Source: Candidatus Poribacteria bacterium | Lineage (GTDB): Bacteria; Poribacteria; WGA-4E; WGA-3G | Reading direction: 5' to 3' | DNA: 64,000 nucleotides | Assembly: GCA_965214095.1 (NCBI GenBank) | Contig: OZ243938.1 | Location: 32,001 to 96,000 of the forward strand | Shown: positions 9,706 through 19,699 of the stretch, in pieces | Layout of the letters: every line of letters begins with the position of its first letter | Numbering within the stretch: the first letter of the stretch is position 1 | Notes under the pieces: generated by a model | Seen by the model: the letters and a program-made list of their open reading frames with translations, nothing else | The model's database searches: none | Told to the model about the DNA's origin: nothing | Translations under genes and position numbers: made by a program

Positions 9706-10413
9706 TCACTTTTCTCCACGAACAACCTTTGCGGCAACTGCCCACGGATAGTCATTGTCCTCTGCCTTCGCATCACGATAAGTTGGAATCCATACCCACC
9801 TTTCTGCCCCTGAACGGTTCGGGTGACTCGAATGGAGCGTTAGGTCATGAAAAAAGACAGCTCCTCCTGCTTCCAATTCTGCAGTGATAGCTTTGGTTTC
9901 ATCAACAGCATCAGGTTTTAATCGGTTACCAAACCCGTGACCATCACTCGCATCACCATCGTGAACAATTGCAGATTTGTGGGAACCAGGAAACAACTTC
10001 AGACACCCATTTCCAACATTCGCATCATCAAGAGCAACCCAAAGGGAGTATTTGTGTGCACCGTGCCAATAGTGCCAATCTTGGTGCCACGGACTAGCAA
10101 AGGTCATCGATTCACTCTTGAAAACAACTTTATCACTCAAAAATTCAATATCTGGTGAAAGTATTTCAGCTAAAATATCAAGTATCCTTTTATCTGCAAT
10201 AGCTTCTTGAAAGACTGAACTTTGTGTTGCCAAACCGACGTGAACACCGTGTCCAGCAACCGATCCGGTTTCTTTCCTAACTTTCTCCAAAATATCAATA
10301 CATTCTAATTTCAGTCCTTGCACCTCGTCTCTGTTAAAAAGATTCGGAACAATTGCAAAACCTGTTTGATTGAAATCATCGCGTAATGTTGTCAAATCAA
10401 GCTTCATATTCAA
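9706..10413 (-). CDS. Phytanoyl-CoA dioxygenase (PhyH) family Fe(II)/2-oxoglutarate dioxygenase
   Basis: PWHQD, WVALDD...NGCL..FPGSH, HSSHPNRS...R. Confidence 0.9.
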   Translation of the reverse strand: MNMKLDLTTLRDDFNQTGFAIVPNLFNRDEVQGLKLECIDILEKVRKETGSVAGHGVHVGLATQSSVFQEAIADKRILDILAEILSPDIEFLSDKVVFKSESMTFASPWHQDWHYWHGAHKYSLWVALDDANVGNGCLKLFPGSHKSAIVHDGDASDGHGFGNRLKPDAVDETKAITAELEAGGAVFFHDLTLHSSHPNRSGAERWVWIPTYRDAKAEDNDYPWAVAAKVVRGEK

Positions 10414-11474
10414 TCCACCTCAAGATGTACCTCACGTCCAGTTTCACCACTTTTGAGTAAGCCTTCCATCATTCTTTGAACAATGAGACCGTGTCGTAAA
10501 GGTGCTTTACATTCGGCACCATCCAGTATACATGCAATAAAATGGTCAGCAATTGCATCCCATGCTTCATTATATTTACTTTTTAGTAATTTTATATCAA
10601 TATCTTCAAAATCACCCTTCACATTTGTTCTGTATGCTTTTAATGGACTCAGAGTTGCTCCTGCTTCGGTTCCGAATATTTCTATCTGAAACTCGCCAGG
10701 TTGGTGTGATGCCCAGAAACTTTCAACTTGTAGACCAACACTATTTTCAAATGTAATGAATCCGCCAGCATAATCATCAGAATCATATTTCTCATAAGTT
10801 TCTTTTGGTGCTTTTGCGTTGTTCCAATAACCGAGCCCGCGCGGTCCAAACTTTGCACCTGCAGCACCGAGAACAGAGATAGGTTTGGGCATACCCATTA
10901 TCCACCAGACAGAATCAAGCACGTGAACACCCATATCTCTAAATGCACCGCCGCCTTTCTGAATGAATCCAAGATTCCACGCGGGGATGCCGCTTCTTCG
11001 GACACTTCGTGCACGTGCATAGTATATCTCTCCGAAATAGTCATCGCGTGAGAGTTTTCCGAGATGTTGGCAGCTATGACCGAACCGCGTGGAAAGAGAC
11101 ATCATGTTGACGACTCCAGCAGATTCTGCTTCCTTAACCAATTTTTCTGCAGCTTCTTCAGAATCAGCAAGCGGCTTAGTAACCATAACGTGCTTACCGT
11201 TTCGAACCGCTTCTAATGCTATCGGAACGTGCCATTGATTCGGTGTTCCGACAAAAACTGCATCAATATCTGATGCTTTACACATCTCTTTATAATCAGT
11301 ATATAGTTTGACTTTACCGGGCAAATCCTTTGCAAAACCTTCCATTCGATTCTTGTCAAGGTCACATAATGCAACGACTTTGCCTCTTGTATTTCGTGAC
11401 AATGCTGCTCCGTTTGGTCTACCTATTCCCATCCCGACAACAGCAACTTTAACTTGTTTATTAGATGATGCCAT
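10410..11474 (-). CDS. Gfo/Idh/MocA family oxidoreductase
   Basis: N-terminal Rossmann fold, TPNQWH, GKHVMVTKPL, GGGAFRDMGVHVLD. Confidence 0.9.
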   Translation of the reverse strand: MASSNKQVKVAVVGMGIGRPNGAALSRNTRGKVVALCDLDKNRMEGFAKDLPGKVKLYTDYKEMCKASDIDAVFVGTPNQWHVPIALEAVRNGKHVMVTKPLADSEEAAEKLVKEAESAGVVNMMSLSTRFGHSCQHLGKLSRDDYFGEIYYARARSVRRSGIPAWNLGFIQKGGGAFRDMGVHVLDSVWWIMGMPKPISVLGAAGAKFGPRGLGYWNNAKAPKETYEKYDSDDYAGGFITFENSVGLQVESFWASHQPGEFQIEIFGTEAGATLSPLKAYRTNVKGDFEDIDIKLLKSKYNEAWDAIADHFIACILDGAECKAPLRHGLIVQRMMEGLLKSGETGREVHLEVD

Positions 11475-11505
11475 AGTTTATATGCTCCAATTGTATATTT
11501 GTTAG

Positions 11506-12072
11506 TTAATATGGTCTGCCAAATCTGTTTAATACTGGACTCACATCGTTTTTGACAGTTTTGATTGTTTTGAGATATGCCCAAATGGCTTTAAGATCCG
11601 TATCGGTCATCTGTGCATAATGCTTAGAAGGCATTGGTGGAAATATCTTACGATTGTCTTTATTCCCTTGATGATGTCCTGTCCGCATAGCATCTATGAA
11701 CATCTTCTCTGTCCACTCTCCCAATCCAGTTTCTTTATCAGGTGTTAAATTCGTGGCGAAACTTGTACCAAACGGTCCTGAGAACGCACTTAATTGTGGC
11801 GATACTAAAAGGAAAATCCCTTGTTGCATCATACTGAAATCATACTTAGGAAAAGAGTCGTTTTCTGGATGTCCAGCAAGGTATTTGGTCATATCGTAGT
11901 CTGCACCTGCACGTGGTGTATGGCAATGTCCACATGCAGCAACCGCATCAACAAGGTATTTACCACGTTCTACCATGTCATCTTGACTTTCAACTGAACG
12001 GGAATAGATAATGATGATTAATGATATAATTACTACCATTAACCCGCTAATAGTTAGTTTTCGATACATCAT
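11506..12072 (-). CDS. Exported c-type cytochrome (single CxxCH)
   Basis: N-terminal hydrophobic anchor; RGKYLV, ACGHCHTP, NLTPDKETGLG, PPMP. Confidence 0.85.
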   Translation of the reverse strand: MMYRKLTISGLMVVIISLIIIIYSRSVESQDDMVERGKYLVDAVAACGHCHTPRAGADYDMTKYLAGHPENDSFPKYDFSMMQQGIFLLVSPQLSAFSGPFGTSFATNLTPDKETGLGEWTEKMFIDAMRTGHHQGNKDNRKIFPPMPSKHYAQMTDTDLKAIWAYLKTIKTVKNDVSPVLNRFGRPY

Positions 12073-12140
12073 TTTCTCCTATTATTCAAAACTTGTTTCA
12101 TATTGATAGTAATTTAGCATTTTGAGTATAATGATTCAAT

Positions 12141-12167
12141 AAAAAAAGCGCGGTAAAATACCGCGCT
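12141..12167 (-). terminator. Rho-independent terminator of the TonB receptor gene
   Basis: Minus strand AGCGCGGT-ATTTT-ACCGCGCT followed by a T run. Confidence 0.85.
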
Positions 12168-12195
12168 AATGATTTCAAATGACTAATTCAATTAA

Positions 12196-14967
12196 TTAGA
12201 AACTATAATTCAACTTGGCGTAGTAAAGACCACCGTTGAAACCGAAAGGTGCGGATCTTCTGGAATATGTGAATACACCGGGAGAATCAACAATGACTGT
12301 TCCCGCTCCATCAATCAACTCACCACCACGTGATTGACCAATTTTATTTTCATCAGGAACTTGATCAAAGAGATTATTTGCACCTATGGTCAGAGACAAG
12401 CCTTCATTTAACTTATAGTTGGTTTGGAGATCAGTTAGCCATTTTCCACCGTAAGTTTGCCTTGCAGGATCATCTCCACTTCCTTCTTGAACTGTGTATT
12501 CACCAAAGTAACGGAGTGCTCCGCCAATCGTTAGGTCACCAATGATATAATCAGCACTGAAATTGATCCGTGTATTCGGTTGCCATTCTTCTATCATCGA
12601 CCGTTCTTGTGATGGGAAAAGAGTGTCTTTAAGATTTACCAGAATCTCAGGAGCTTCCACATCACCGATTACTTCTGTATCAGCGAATGTGAATGCAAGT
12701 TTCAAATTCAGAAGCGTTTCATTTTCAAATGCATGTAGATATCCAGCTGCAACATCTACACCTTGCGTCCGTGTTTGTGCGACATTTGTGAAGACCTGTG
12801 CACTATTCGCACCAGCTTCCTCCAAACCTTCAACATCATCGGCACTAAATGTACCACTAAGTACAATACGGTCATCTATCTGAATAAGGAATCCATCAAC
12901 GGTAAACCATAACTTCTCAACAGGTTTTAAGACAACACCACCAGAAACATTAAATGCTGTTTCCTCTTTTAATTCAGGAATACCTAGAGCGCGGGCAGCA
13001 TCGCTATCATTTCTGAATGTTCCTACTTCAAGCGGTATAAGTTCACCAGATGCTTCATCAAGCTTGAATTGTGTGCTGATGTTATTGAAGTAGAGTTGCT
13101 GTAGTGAGGGTGCTCGGAAACCAGTACTTCCTGCAGCACGCACAGCAATTTGAGTATTTATATCATAGCGTGCAGTTGCTTTACCTGTAAGGGTTGTGCC
13201 AAAATCACTGTACTGTTCACCACGCACAGCAGCACCAACAAGTACCCCACTACCGGGTTGTCCACTTAGATACGACTCAAAGTCAAGGTATCCAGCGATA
13301 TTCGTTCTGTTTTCATCCACTTCGTTTTCTGGTTTGAATCCAGGAAAAACCTGAATGCCTGCGGCTGCACCATCAATACCGAGTCCGGCATCAATATATG
13401 AAACCATTTCACCTGCATGAATTCCGTAGCCTTCACGGCGAAATTCTACACCACCTGCAAGGTTGATGAGAGATGATTGATACTCAAGCGGATAAGAAAC
13501 ATCAAGGTTAAATGCCGTATGCGAAAGTTCAAATCCTCCTGCTTCAGCAGAGATTGGACTTGCTGCTCCATAAGATGCATTCATAGAGTTAGAAATGAAA
13601 AAGTCAAATGTATTCAAACCGTGATTGACACTGACATCAACATTCAGATCTGTTGCATCGTGTGTCCAATCCGCACCTAATGCAAGTGAAACATCTTCAA
13701 TGTCTGTGTTAATTTCTGGTAGAAAACCGTCAGGATAGATATCTGTGACAGTGCGTTCTGCTTGGTTTGCTCTTCGATAGAAACCCGCACTGTTGTTTTG
13801 ACGCGTGGAATATCCTCCGAAGGAATACAATTCCATATTTCCTATGATCGGTAATCCAAAGTTGTAAAATCCAACTTTTTGCGATGAATCTGCATCACCG
13901 ATACGGAAGTTTTGACGGTCAAATGTATACTCACGGGAGTCAAACCATACTGGTTTTTCTTCAATTACGTTTCCTTCATCATCTGTTATTTCAATTGTGT
14001 TGTCTGCAGCTCTACCAGGATCTTCTTCTACCCAATCGTATTGACGTGTTCCCGTAAGACCTGCTCGGTTTGTGCGGTATCTATCGCGCCATTCTGCAGT
14101 CAGATTGAGAAATCCATCTGTGCCTACTCTCATACCGTAGTTAGCATTTCCATTCCACGTATCACCATCGCCTTCGTAAGTTTGCCCCCAATACAAGTTT
14201 GCATCACCTGTGTCAACATCATCCTTTAGAATAATGTTAATGACACCTGCAATGGCATCAGAACCGTATTGTGCAGCAGCTCCATCACGTAGCACCTCAA
14301 TTCGTTTGATTGCAGATGACGGGATGGCATTGTAATCTGTTCCTGCTGTTCCACGACCTACAGATGTGTTGACATGTAGCAACGCGCTTTTATGCCGGCG
14401 TTTACCGTTAATTAATACTAATGTCTGGTCCGGACCTAAGCCTCTCAGCGTTGCAGGTCGTAAGGCATCTGTTCCATCACTAATAGATGAACTTGAAAAA
14501 TTGAATGATGGGACTAACATCTGTATAATTCGGCCTGTCTCGGATTGACCAGTAAGACTCAGTTGTTCTCTTTCAACTACATCAATCGGTACAGGTGCTT
14601 GTAATGCACGACGACCAATACTCCGTGTACCTACTACAACGACTGACTCTACAGTTTGAATAGGTGCAAGCATTATTGTCAGTTCTGTCTGTCCAGCACT
14701 AATATTCACACGTCTTGCGGCATAACCGATGGCAGATATTTCAACGGACTGTGCGCCTGTTACATCGCTGAATGTAGCTGCACCGTTATCATCTGTTGTT
14801 TGCTCTTCTCCTCCAATTATTACCTTTGCTGACGATATCGCATTCTCATTCTGATCTTTAACGACCACTTTCAATGAGTCAGCACTTGCTGTCAAAGGTA
14901 TTACTGATATACAGCCAACTATCATTAAGACTGCATACCATAAATACCTATAATTAGAAATCTTCAT
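12196..14967 (-). CDS. TonB-dependent receptor
   Basis: Signal peptide, N-terminal carboxypeptidase-regulatory-like domain, plug LRGLGPDQTLVLINGKR, IEVLRDGAAAQYGSDAIAGVINIILK, C-terminal Phe. Confidence 0.93.
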   Translation of the reverse strand: MKISNYRYLWYAVLMIVGCISVIPLTASADSLKVVVKDQNENAISSAKVIIGGEEQTTDDNGAATFSDVTGAQSVEISAIGYAARRVNISAGQTELTIMLAPIQTVESVVVVGTRSIGRRALQAPVPIDVVEREQLSLTGQSETGRIIQMLVPSFNFSSSSISDGTDALRPATLRGLGPDQTLVLINGKRRHKSALLHVNTSVGRGTAGTDYNAIPSSAIKRIEVLRDGAAAQYGSDAIAGVINIILKDDVDTGDANLYWGQTYEGDGDTWNGNANYGMRVGTDGFLNLTAEWRDRYRTNRAGLTGTRQYDWVEEDPGRAADNTIEITDDEGNVIEEKPVWFDSREYTFDRQNFRIGDADSSQKVGFYNFGLPIIGNMELYSFGGYSTRQNNSAGFYRRANQAERTVTDIYPDGFLPEINTDIEDVSLALGADWTHDATDLNVDVSVNHGLNTFDFFISNSMNASYGAASPISAEAGGFELSHTAFNLDVSYPLEYQSSLINLAGGVEFRREGYGIHAGEMVSYIDAGLGIDGAAAGIQVFPGFKPENEVDENRTNIAGYLDFESYLSGQPGSGVLVGAAVRGEQYSDFGTTLTGKATARYDINTQIAVRAAGSTGFRAPSLQQLYFNNISTQFKLDEASGELIPLEVGTFRNDSDAARALGIPELKEETAFNVSGGVVLKPVEKLWFTVDGFLIQIDDRIVLSGTFSADDVEGLEEAGANSAQVFTNVAQTRTQGVDVAAGYLHAFENETLLNLKLAFTFADTEVIGDVEAPEILVNLKDTLFPSQERSMIEEWQPNTRINFSADYIIGDLTIGGALRYFGEYTVQEGSGDDPARQTYGGKWLTDLQTNYKLNEGLSLTIGANNLFDQVPDENKIGQSRGGELIDGAGTVIVDSPGVFTYSRRSAPFGFNGGLYYAKLNYSF

Positions 14968-15181
14968 ACATTTGCTCCTTAGGAAATGTTATTTAAATAT
15001 GAGTTTATTTTTATAAATAGATATTTTGTGATGAATCCCTGAAATTCAACATATATCTATATTTCTTGTAAATATTATGAACGAAATAAAATACAAATGC
15101 AAATCTAAATGAATTTTATACTAAAGTCTGATTTGATATTATTCACATACGTTAGGCAGGTTGTGGGTTTGTATTCCTTTT

Positions 15182-15363
15182 TGTCTGAACCAGGATTTGC
15201 AGGATTAGTAGATTTCCAGGATTAGAGTTTGAGCAGTCAAAGTGTTGTTGTCATAATAAGTTTTTCTGTTGCTACTATCAGACTCATTTTTTATATTGAG
15301 AATGCAACATAGATGAGGTGTAATCCTGTGAACCCTATAATCCTGTCCAGCCTGGTTCAGACA
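15182..15363. repeat. 182-bp element bounded by ~43-bp imperfect inverted repeats (MITE/REP-like)
   Basis: Left TGTCTGAACCAGG...CAGGATTA...CAGGATTA mirrored by TAATCCTG...TAATCCTG...CCTGGTTCAGACA; outer 13 bp are perfect. Confidence 0.75.
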
Positions 15364-15487
15364 GGTGACAAAAACTTTACATCCTATATTACCAGGCATA
15401 TTACCTACGATGTTGAATACCGCATTGATGTGTGATATAATTCGTCAAATCTAAATGGATATATCTTGACCGATTTTGGAGGACTAT

Positions 15488-17035
15488 GTGACATTTGACA
15501 CGATTATTACAAATGGAACTATAGTTGACGGTACAGGAAAACAGGAACCTTATGTAGCAGACATCGGAATACAAAATGATACAATTATAGATATTGGTGA
15601 CCTCAGTCATGTTGATTCATCTCAAAGTATTTCTGCTGATGGACAAATTGTTTGTCCAGGGTTTGTAGATGTTCATGTGCATTCTGAAATCTCTTTGCTT
15701 GGTGGACGTGATCAGTATGCACCGCTCATGCAAGGTGTCACAACACATCTCGCTGCTCCGGATGGATTTGGTTGGGCACCGTTGTCGCCACAACTTGCAC
15801 AGGAATTCTGGCACTATACACAATTTGCTTATGGAGACGCGCAGGTAGCACTCAATTGGCAAACACCTGACGAATACCTCAGTATATTTGACGGGAATAT
15901 ACCTGCAAACCTATACCCGCAAGTGCCACATTGTGCAGTAAGACTTCGTGCAATGGGATGGGATGCACGACCTGCAACTTCGGATGAGTTAAAACTAATG
16001 GAAAAAACCACTCGTGAATGGCTTGATGCAGGAGCATGTTGTCTCTGTTTAGGTCTCGACTATCAACCCTCTGCAAATGCTGATTTGAACGAGTTGGTTT
16101 ATCTCTCTAAGGTTGCCGCAAGTTACGATGCCATATACGCTGCACATATCCGATACCAACTCATCGGACGTAAAGCTGCGTGGGAGGAAACTATAGAGAT
16201 CGCTCAGCAAGCAGAGATCCCCGTACATATTTCACATGAGAGAGTCAACTCTGAATCCGCAGAGGTGCTTGAACGGGTTGATCGCGAAGATATAGATTTG
16301 ACCTTTGAATCTTATCTATATCCTGCAGGAATGACACACCTTGCGATGTTATTACCGATGGAATTTCAAACTGGCACACCCGATGATATGTTAGCTAATT
16401 TGGAAAACAGTGATGTTAAAAATAAATCACTACCATATCTCCAACAAAAGTTAGGACAAGGGAATCAAATTGTTGGTTATAACAAGTCTGGCAGATACAT
16501 CGGCAAGTTACTATCAGAAGCAGCGGAAAGTGAAGATAAATCTTATGAAGAATTCGCGTATGATTTTATCAAAGATGAATTGGCAATTGAGACCTTTATG
16601 ATGCCGTGGACAACGCCTCCTGAGGAAAATGAAAAGGTATTAGACCGAACTGCTTCCCACCCTCGTATGATGATTGCTAGTGATGGTGTCTATAACATTC
16701 CACATCCACATCCCCGTAGCTACGGGTGTTTCGTACAATATCTCGGTAAATTCGTCCGTGAACGAAAGTTGGTTTCTATGAAAGAGGCAATATACAAGAT
16801 GAGTGGATTCCCCGCAGAAAGATTCCGCCTATCTGATCGTGGTAAGATAGCAAAAGGTCTTGCTGCCGACATAGTCGTATTCGATCCAGATACCGTCGCA
16901 GATCGGTCCACATGGTTTGATCCCGTGCAAACTCCTATTGGTGTCAACTGGGTATTTGTCAATGGCGTTGCAGTTATTGAAAATGGCAACGTAACGGGTG
17001 AACTTCCCGGCAAAGTTCTACGAAAAGGACGATAG
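15488..17035 (+). CDS. N-acyl-D-amino-acid deacylase (amidohydrolase)
   Basis: PGFVDVHVHS, AHIR, HISH, ASDG, PHPRSYG, GLAADIVVFDP; GTG start after GGAGG. Confidence 0.85.
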   Translation: MTFDTIITNGTIVDGTGKQEPYVADIGIQNDTIIDIGDLSHVDSSQSISADGQIVCPGFVDVHVHSEISLLGGRDQYAPLMQGVTTHLAAPDGFGWAPLSPQLAQEFWHYTQFAYGDAQVALNWQTPDEYLSIFDGNIPANLYPQVPHCAVRLRAMGWDARPATSDELKLMEKTTREWLDAGACCLCLGLDYQPSANADLNELVYLSKVAASYDAIYAAHIRYQLIGRKAAWEETIEIAQQAEIPVHISHERVNSESAEVLERVDREDIDLTFESYLYPAGMTHLAMLLPMEFQTGTPDDMLANLENSDVKNKSLPYLQQKLGQGNQIVGYNKSGRYIGKLLSEAAESEDKSYEEFAYDFIKDELAIETFMMPWTTPPEENEKVLDRTASHPRMMIASDGVYNIPHPHPRSYGCFVQYLGKFVRERKLVSMKEAIYKMSGFPAERFRLSDRGKIAKGLAADIVVFDPDTVADRSTWFDPVQTPIGVNWVFVNGVAVIENGNVTGELPGKVLRKGR

Positions 17036-17059
17036 AATCCTAACTGAGAGGATATTTCT

Positions 17060-18505
17060 GTGGAAAACTATGATTTGACTATTATCGGTGGCGGGAGTGC
17101 GGGACTTGTGCTGGCAGTTGCTGGCGCAAAGCTTGGAAAAAAGACCGCACTCATTGAGAAACACCGAATCGGAGGGGATTGTCTTTGGACAGGATGTGTG
17201 CCTTCTAAAGCATTACTTAAAGCAGCGAAGGTAGCAAACTACATACAGAATGCAGATAAATATGGAATAAGTACCTATGAAACGAAATCAAATTGGCAAA
17301 GAGTTATGGACTATGTCCGAAGTACACAACACGTCATTGAAGATGAACATGATAACCCTGAACGATTCAGAGAAATGGGGGTTGACGTCATCTTTGGCGA
17401 TGGACAATTTGAATCACGCGATACCTTTGTTGTAGAAGATAAAGAAAATGGACAGACAAGACAGTTAAAAAGCAAGAGATATGTAATTTCCACCGGTTCT
17501 CGTCCACTGGCACCACCGATACCCGGTTTGGATGAATGTGGTTATCTTGACAGTGAAAATGTATGGGAATTAGAAGAACTGCCAGAAAGATTGCTTGTGA
17601 TTGGCGCAGGCCCCATCGGGATAGAATTGGGACAAGCTTTCCATCGACTCGGTTCCAAGGTTACTATAGCACAACGAAGTGACCGTATCCTAACAAAAGA
17701 GGATGCAGATGTATCAGAAAAGATGCAACAATACCTGACATCTGGCGGAATTTGCATACGATTATATACTGAAATAACTATGGTAGAGAAACATGAAAAC
17801 GGTGTCAAAGTATCGTTCTTACATAGTTCACTACCAGATTCCAACGAAGATAACATAGAGGTGTTTGACAAAATACTGGTTGCTGCAGGTCGTGCACCAA
17901 ATATAGAAGGTTTAGGATTAGAAAATATCGGGGTTAAGATTGGTAAAAACGGTATTGTTGTAAATGACCAACTACAGACACATGTGAAAAACATATTTGC
18001 TGCAGGAGATGTGATTGGACATTATCTATTTACACATGTTGCAGCATTTCAGGCACAACTTCTCGTACGAAATTTCCTGTTACCTTTTCCTAAAAAGATA
18101 GATTATTCAGTTGTACCTTGGACTACGTTTTGTGATCCAGAGATTGCAAGATGTGGATTGACAGAGTTACAGGCACGCGCACAATATGGTGATGTTGATG
18201 TGTTTAGGTTAGAACAAAAGGACGTTGACAGAGCCGTTGCGGAGGGTGAAACACTGGGATTTTCAAAGGTAATCGCAACGAAATGGCGTGGGAAGATTGT
18301 AGGTGTACACCTTGTTGGGACAAGTGCTGGCGAGGTAATACATGAGTATGTTCTGGCAATGCAAGAAGGAATTCCATTACGGAAGTTGGGTGGTATGATG
18401 CATGTCTATCCTACATATTCTACAAGTGTATGGAGGGTCACTGCAAAATGGTTGTCAGAAGGGTCGTTAGTCAAATCTCTACGGAAGATTGTTGGAGCTG
18501 GATAA
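17060..18505 (+). CDS. Pyridine nucleotide-disulfide oxidoreductase (Lpd/MerA-like family)
   Basis: GGGSAG FAD motif, redox CLWTGC, GAGPIG NAD motif, AAGD. Confidence 0.88.
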   Translation: MENYDLTIIGGGSAGLVLAVAGAKLGKKTALIEKHRIGGDCLWTGCVPSKALLKAAKVANYIQNADKYGISTYETKSNWQRVMDYVRSTQHVIEDEHDNPERFREMGVDVIFGDGQFESRDTFVVEDKENGQTRQLKSKRYVISTGSRPLAPPIPGLDECGYLDSENVWELEELPERLLVIGAGPIGIELGQAFHRLGSKVTIAQRSDRILTKEDADVSEKMQQYLTSGGICIRLYTEITMVEKHENGVKVSFLHSSLPDSNEDNIEVFDKILVAAGRAPNIEGLGLENIGVKIGKNGIVVNDQLQTHVKNIFAAGDVIGHYLFTHVAAFQAQLLVRNFLLPFPKKIDYSVVPWTTFCDPEIARCGLTELQARAQYGDVDVFRLEQKDVDRAVAEGETLGFSKVIATKWRGKIVGVHLVGTSAGEVIHEYVLAMQEGIPLRKLGGMMHVYPTYSTSVWRVTAKWLSEGSLVKSLRKIVGAG

Positions 18506-18542
18506 GGATTAAATGTATATAAGGTTTAGCTGTAAAAGAAAT

Positions 18543-18683
18543 TGAGTCGGAAAAATGCAGCCGGTTTAGAATTCTCAGGGTTTCTAACCTAACACAATGA
18601 CAACTAACAGTTGTGCATAAATATGACTGCTATTCCGACTCACCTAAGGAGGCATATTTCCTTATTAGCAATTTCTATGCTAA
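18543..18683. ncRNA. Candidate structured intergenic RNA (three-way junction plus two hairpins)
   Basis: TGAGTCGGAA/TTCCGACTCA closing stem enclosing two hairpins, followed by TAAGGA/TCCTTA and TTAGCA/TGCTAA hairpins; lies between convergent genes. Confidence 0.3.
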
Positions 18684-18767
18684 CAAAAAGGATATGATTT
18701 TAGTAAGTGTAGATATTATATGTCTAATTTTTGCACACCTATGATGGAAATTTAGACATTGTATCCT

Positions 18768-19670
18768 TTATAGATCTGGCAGTTCTTCTCCGACAATAAG
18801 TCGATATGCCTCACGATATTTCTCACTTGTTTTGGTTATTACATTTTCAGGTAGATTTGGTGCTGGTGGCTGTTTGTTCCAACCAATTTCTGACAAGTAA
18901 TCTCGCACGAATTGCTTATCAAAACTTTGCTGTGGTTTGCCGGGTTCATACAAATCTGCAGGCCAAAAACGTGATGAATCGGGTGTGAATACCTCGTCAA
19001 TTAGAATCAACTCACCATCGCATTGTCCGAATTCAAACTTAGTATCACATAGGATAATCCCTGAGTCTTCGGCATACTTGCTTGCAGCTCTGAACAGTGC
19101 GAAACTGATGTCAATTAATGTATCCGTGAGTTCCGTTCCAACTTGATCCTTCATTTCATCAATTGTTATCGGTTCATCATGTTCACCTTGTTCTGCCTTA
19201 GTCGTTGGTGTGAAAAGCAGTTCAGGTAACTTATCCGACTCGCGCAATCCCGCGGGAAGTTTCTGCCCACAAATTTCTCCTGATTTCTGATAGGATGCCC
19301 ATCCAGAACCTGCGAGATAACCTCTCACAACGCATTCAACATCAACCCTATCGGCTTTACGGACAAGCATTGAACGTCCGTTCAGAAGCTTCGCATCAGG
19401 TTGCACTGATTCAGGATAATCTTCCACATCAGTTGAAATCACGTGGTTGTCAACAACGGATTTGGTGTAGTCAAACCAAAATGCTGACAATCCAGTCAGA
19501 ACCCGTCCTTTATCTGGGATACCGTTCGGTAAAACCACATCAAATGCTGACAATCTGTCAGTCGATATAATTAGAAATTCATCACCAAGATCATACAGAT
19601 CCCTAACTTTACCGCTATGGTGGGGTGTTAAGTTAGTTAATTCTGTTGATGTAATAACGTTTTGAGACAT
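18768..19670 (-). CDS. purC: Phosphoribosylaminoimidazole-succinocarboxamide (SAICAR) synthase
   Basis: GKVRDLY, TDRLSAFD, ECVVRGYLAGSGW, DTKFEFG, DEVFTPDSSRFW, DKQFVRDYL. Confidence 0.97.
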   Translation of the reverse strand: MSQNVITSTELTNLTPHHSGKVRDLYDLGDEFLIISTDRLSAFDVVLPNGIPDKGRVLTGLSAFWFDYTKSVVDNHVISTDVEDYPESVQPDAKLLNGRSMLVRKADRVDVECVVRGYLAGSGWASYQKSGEICGQKLPAGLRESDKLPELLFTPTTKAEQGEHDEPITIDEMKDQVGTELTDTLIDISFALFRAASKYAEDSGIILCDTKFEFGQCDGELILIDEVFTPDSSRFWPADLYEPGKPQQSFDKQFVRDYLSEIGWNKQPPAPNLPENVITKTSEKYREAYRLIVGEELPDL

Positions 19671-19699
19671 ATTTTCCTCCTATGGTTTACTATGTAATA

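Noticed and set aside
14968-15181. Fur box or cobalamin riboswitch upstream of the TonB receptor
   Set aside because: The region is AT-rich with no convincing GATAATGATAATCATTATC match or B12-box.
17060-18505. merA or lpdA assignment
   Set aside because: It lacks the C-terminal Cys-Cys pair of MerA and the HPTxxE motif of Lpd (has HVYPTYS), and there is no mer or pdh context.
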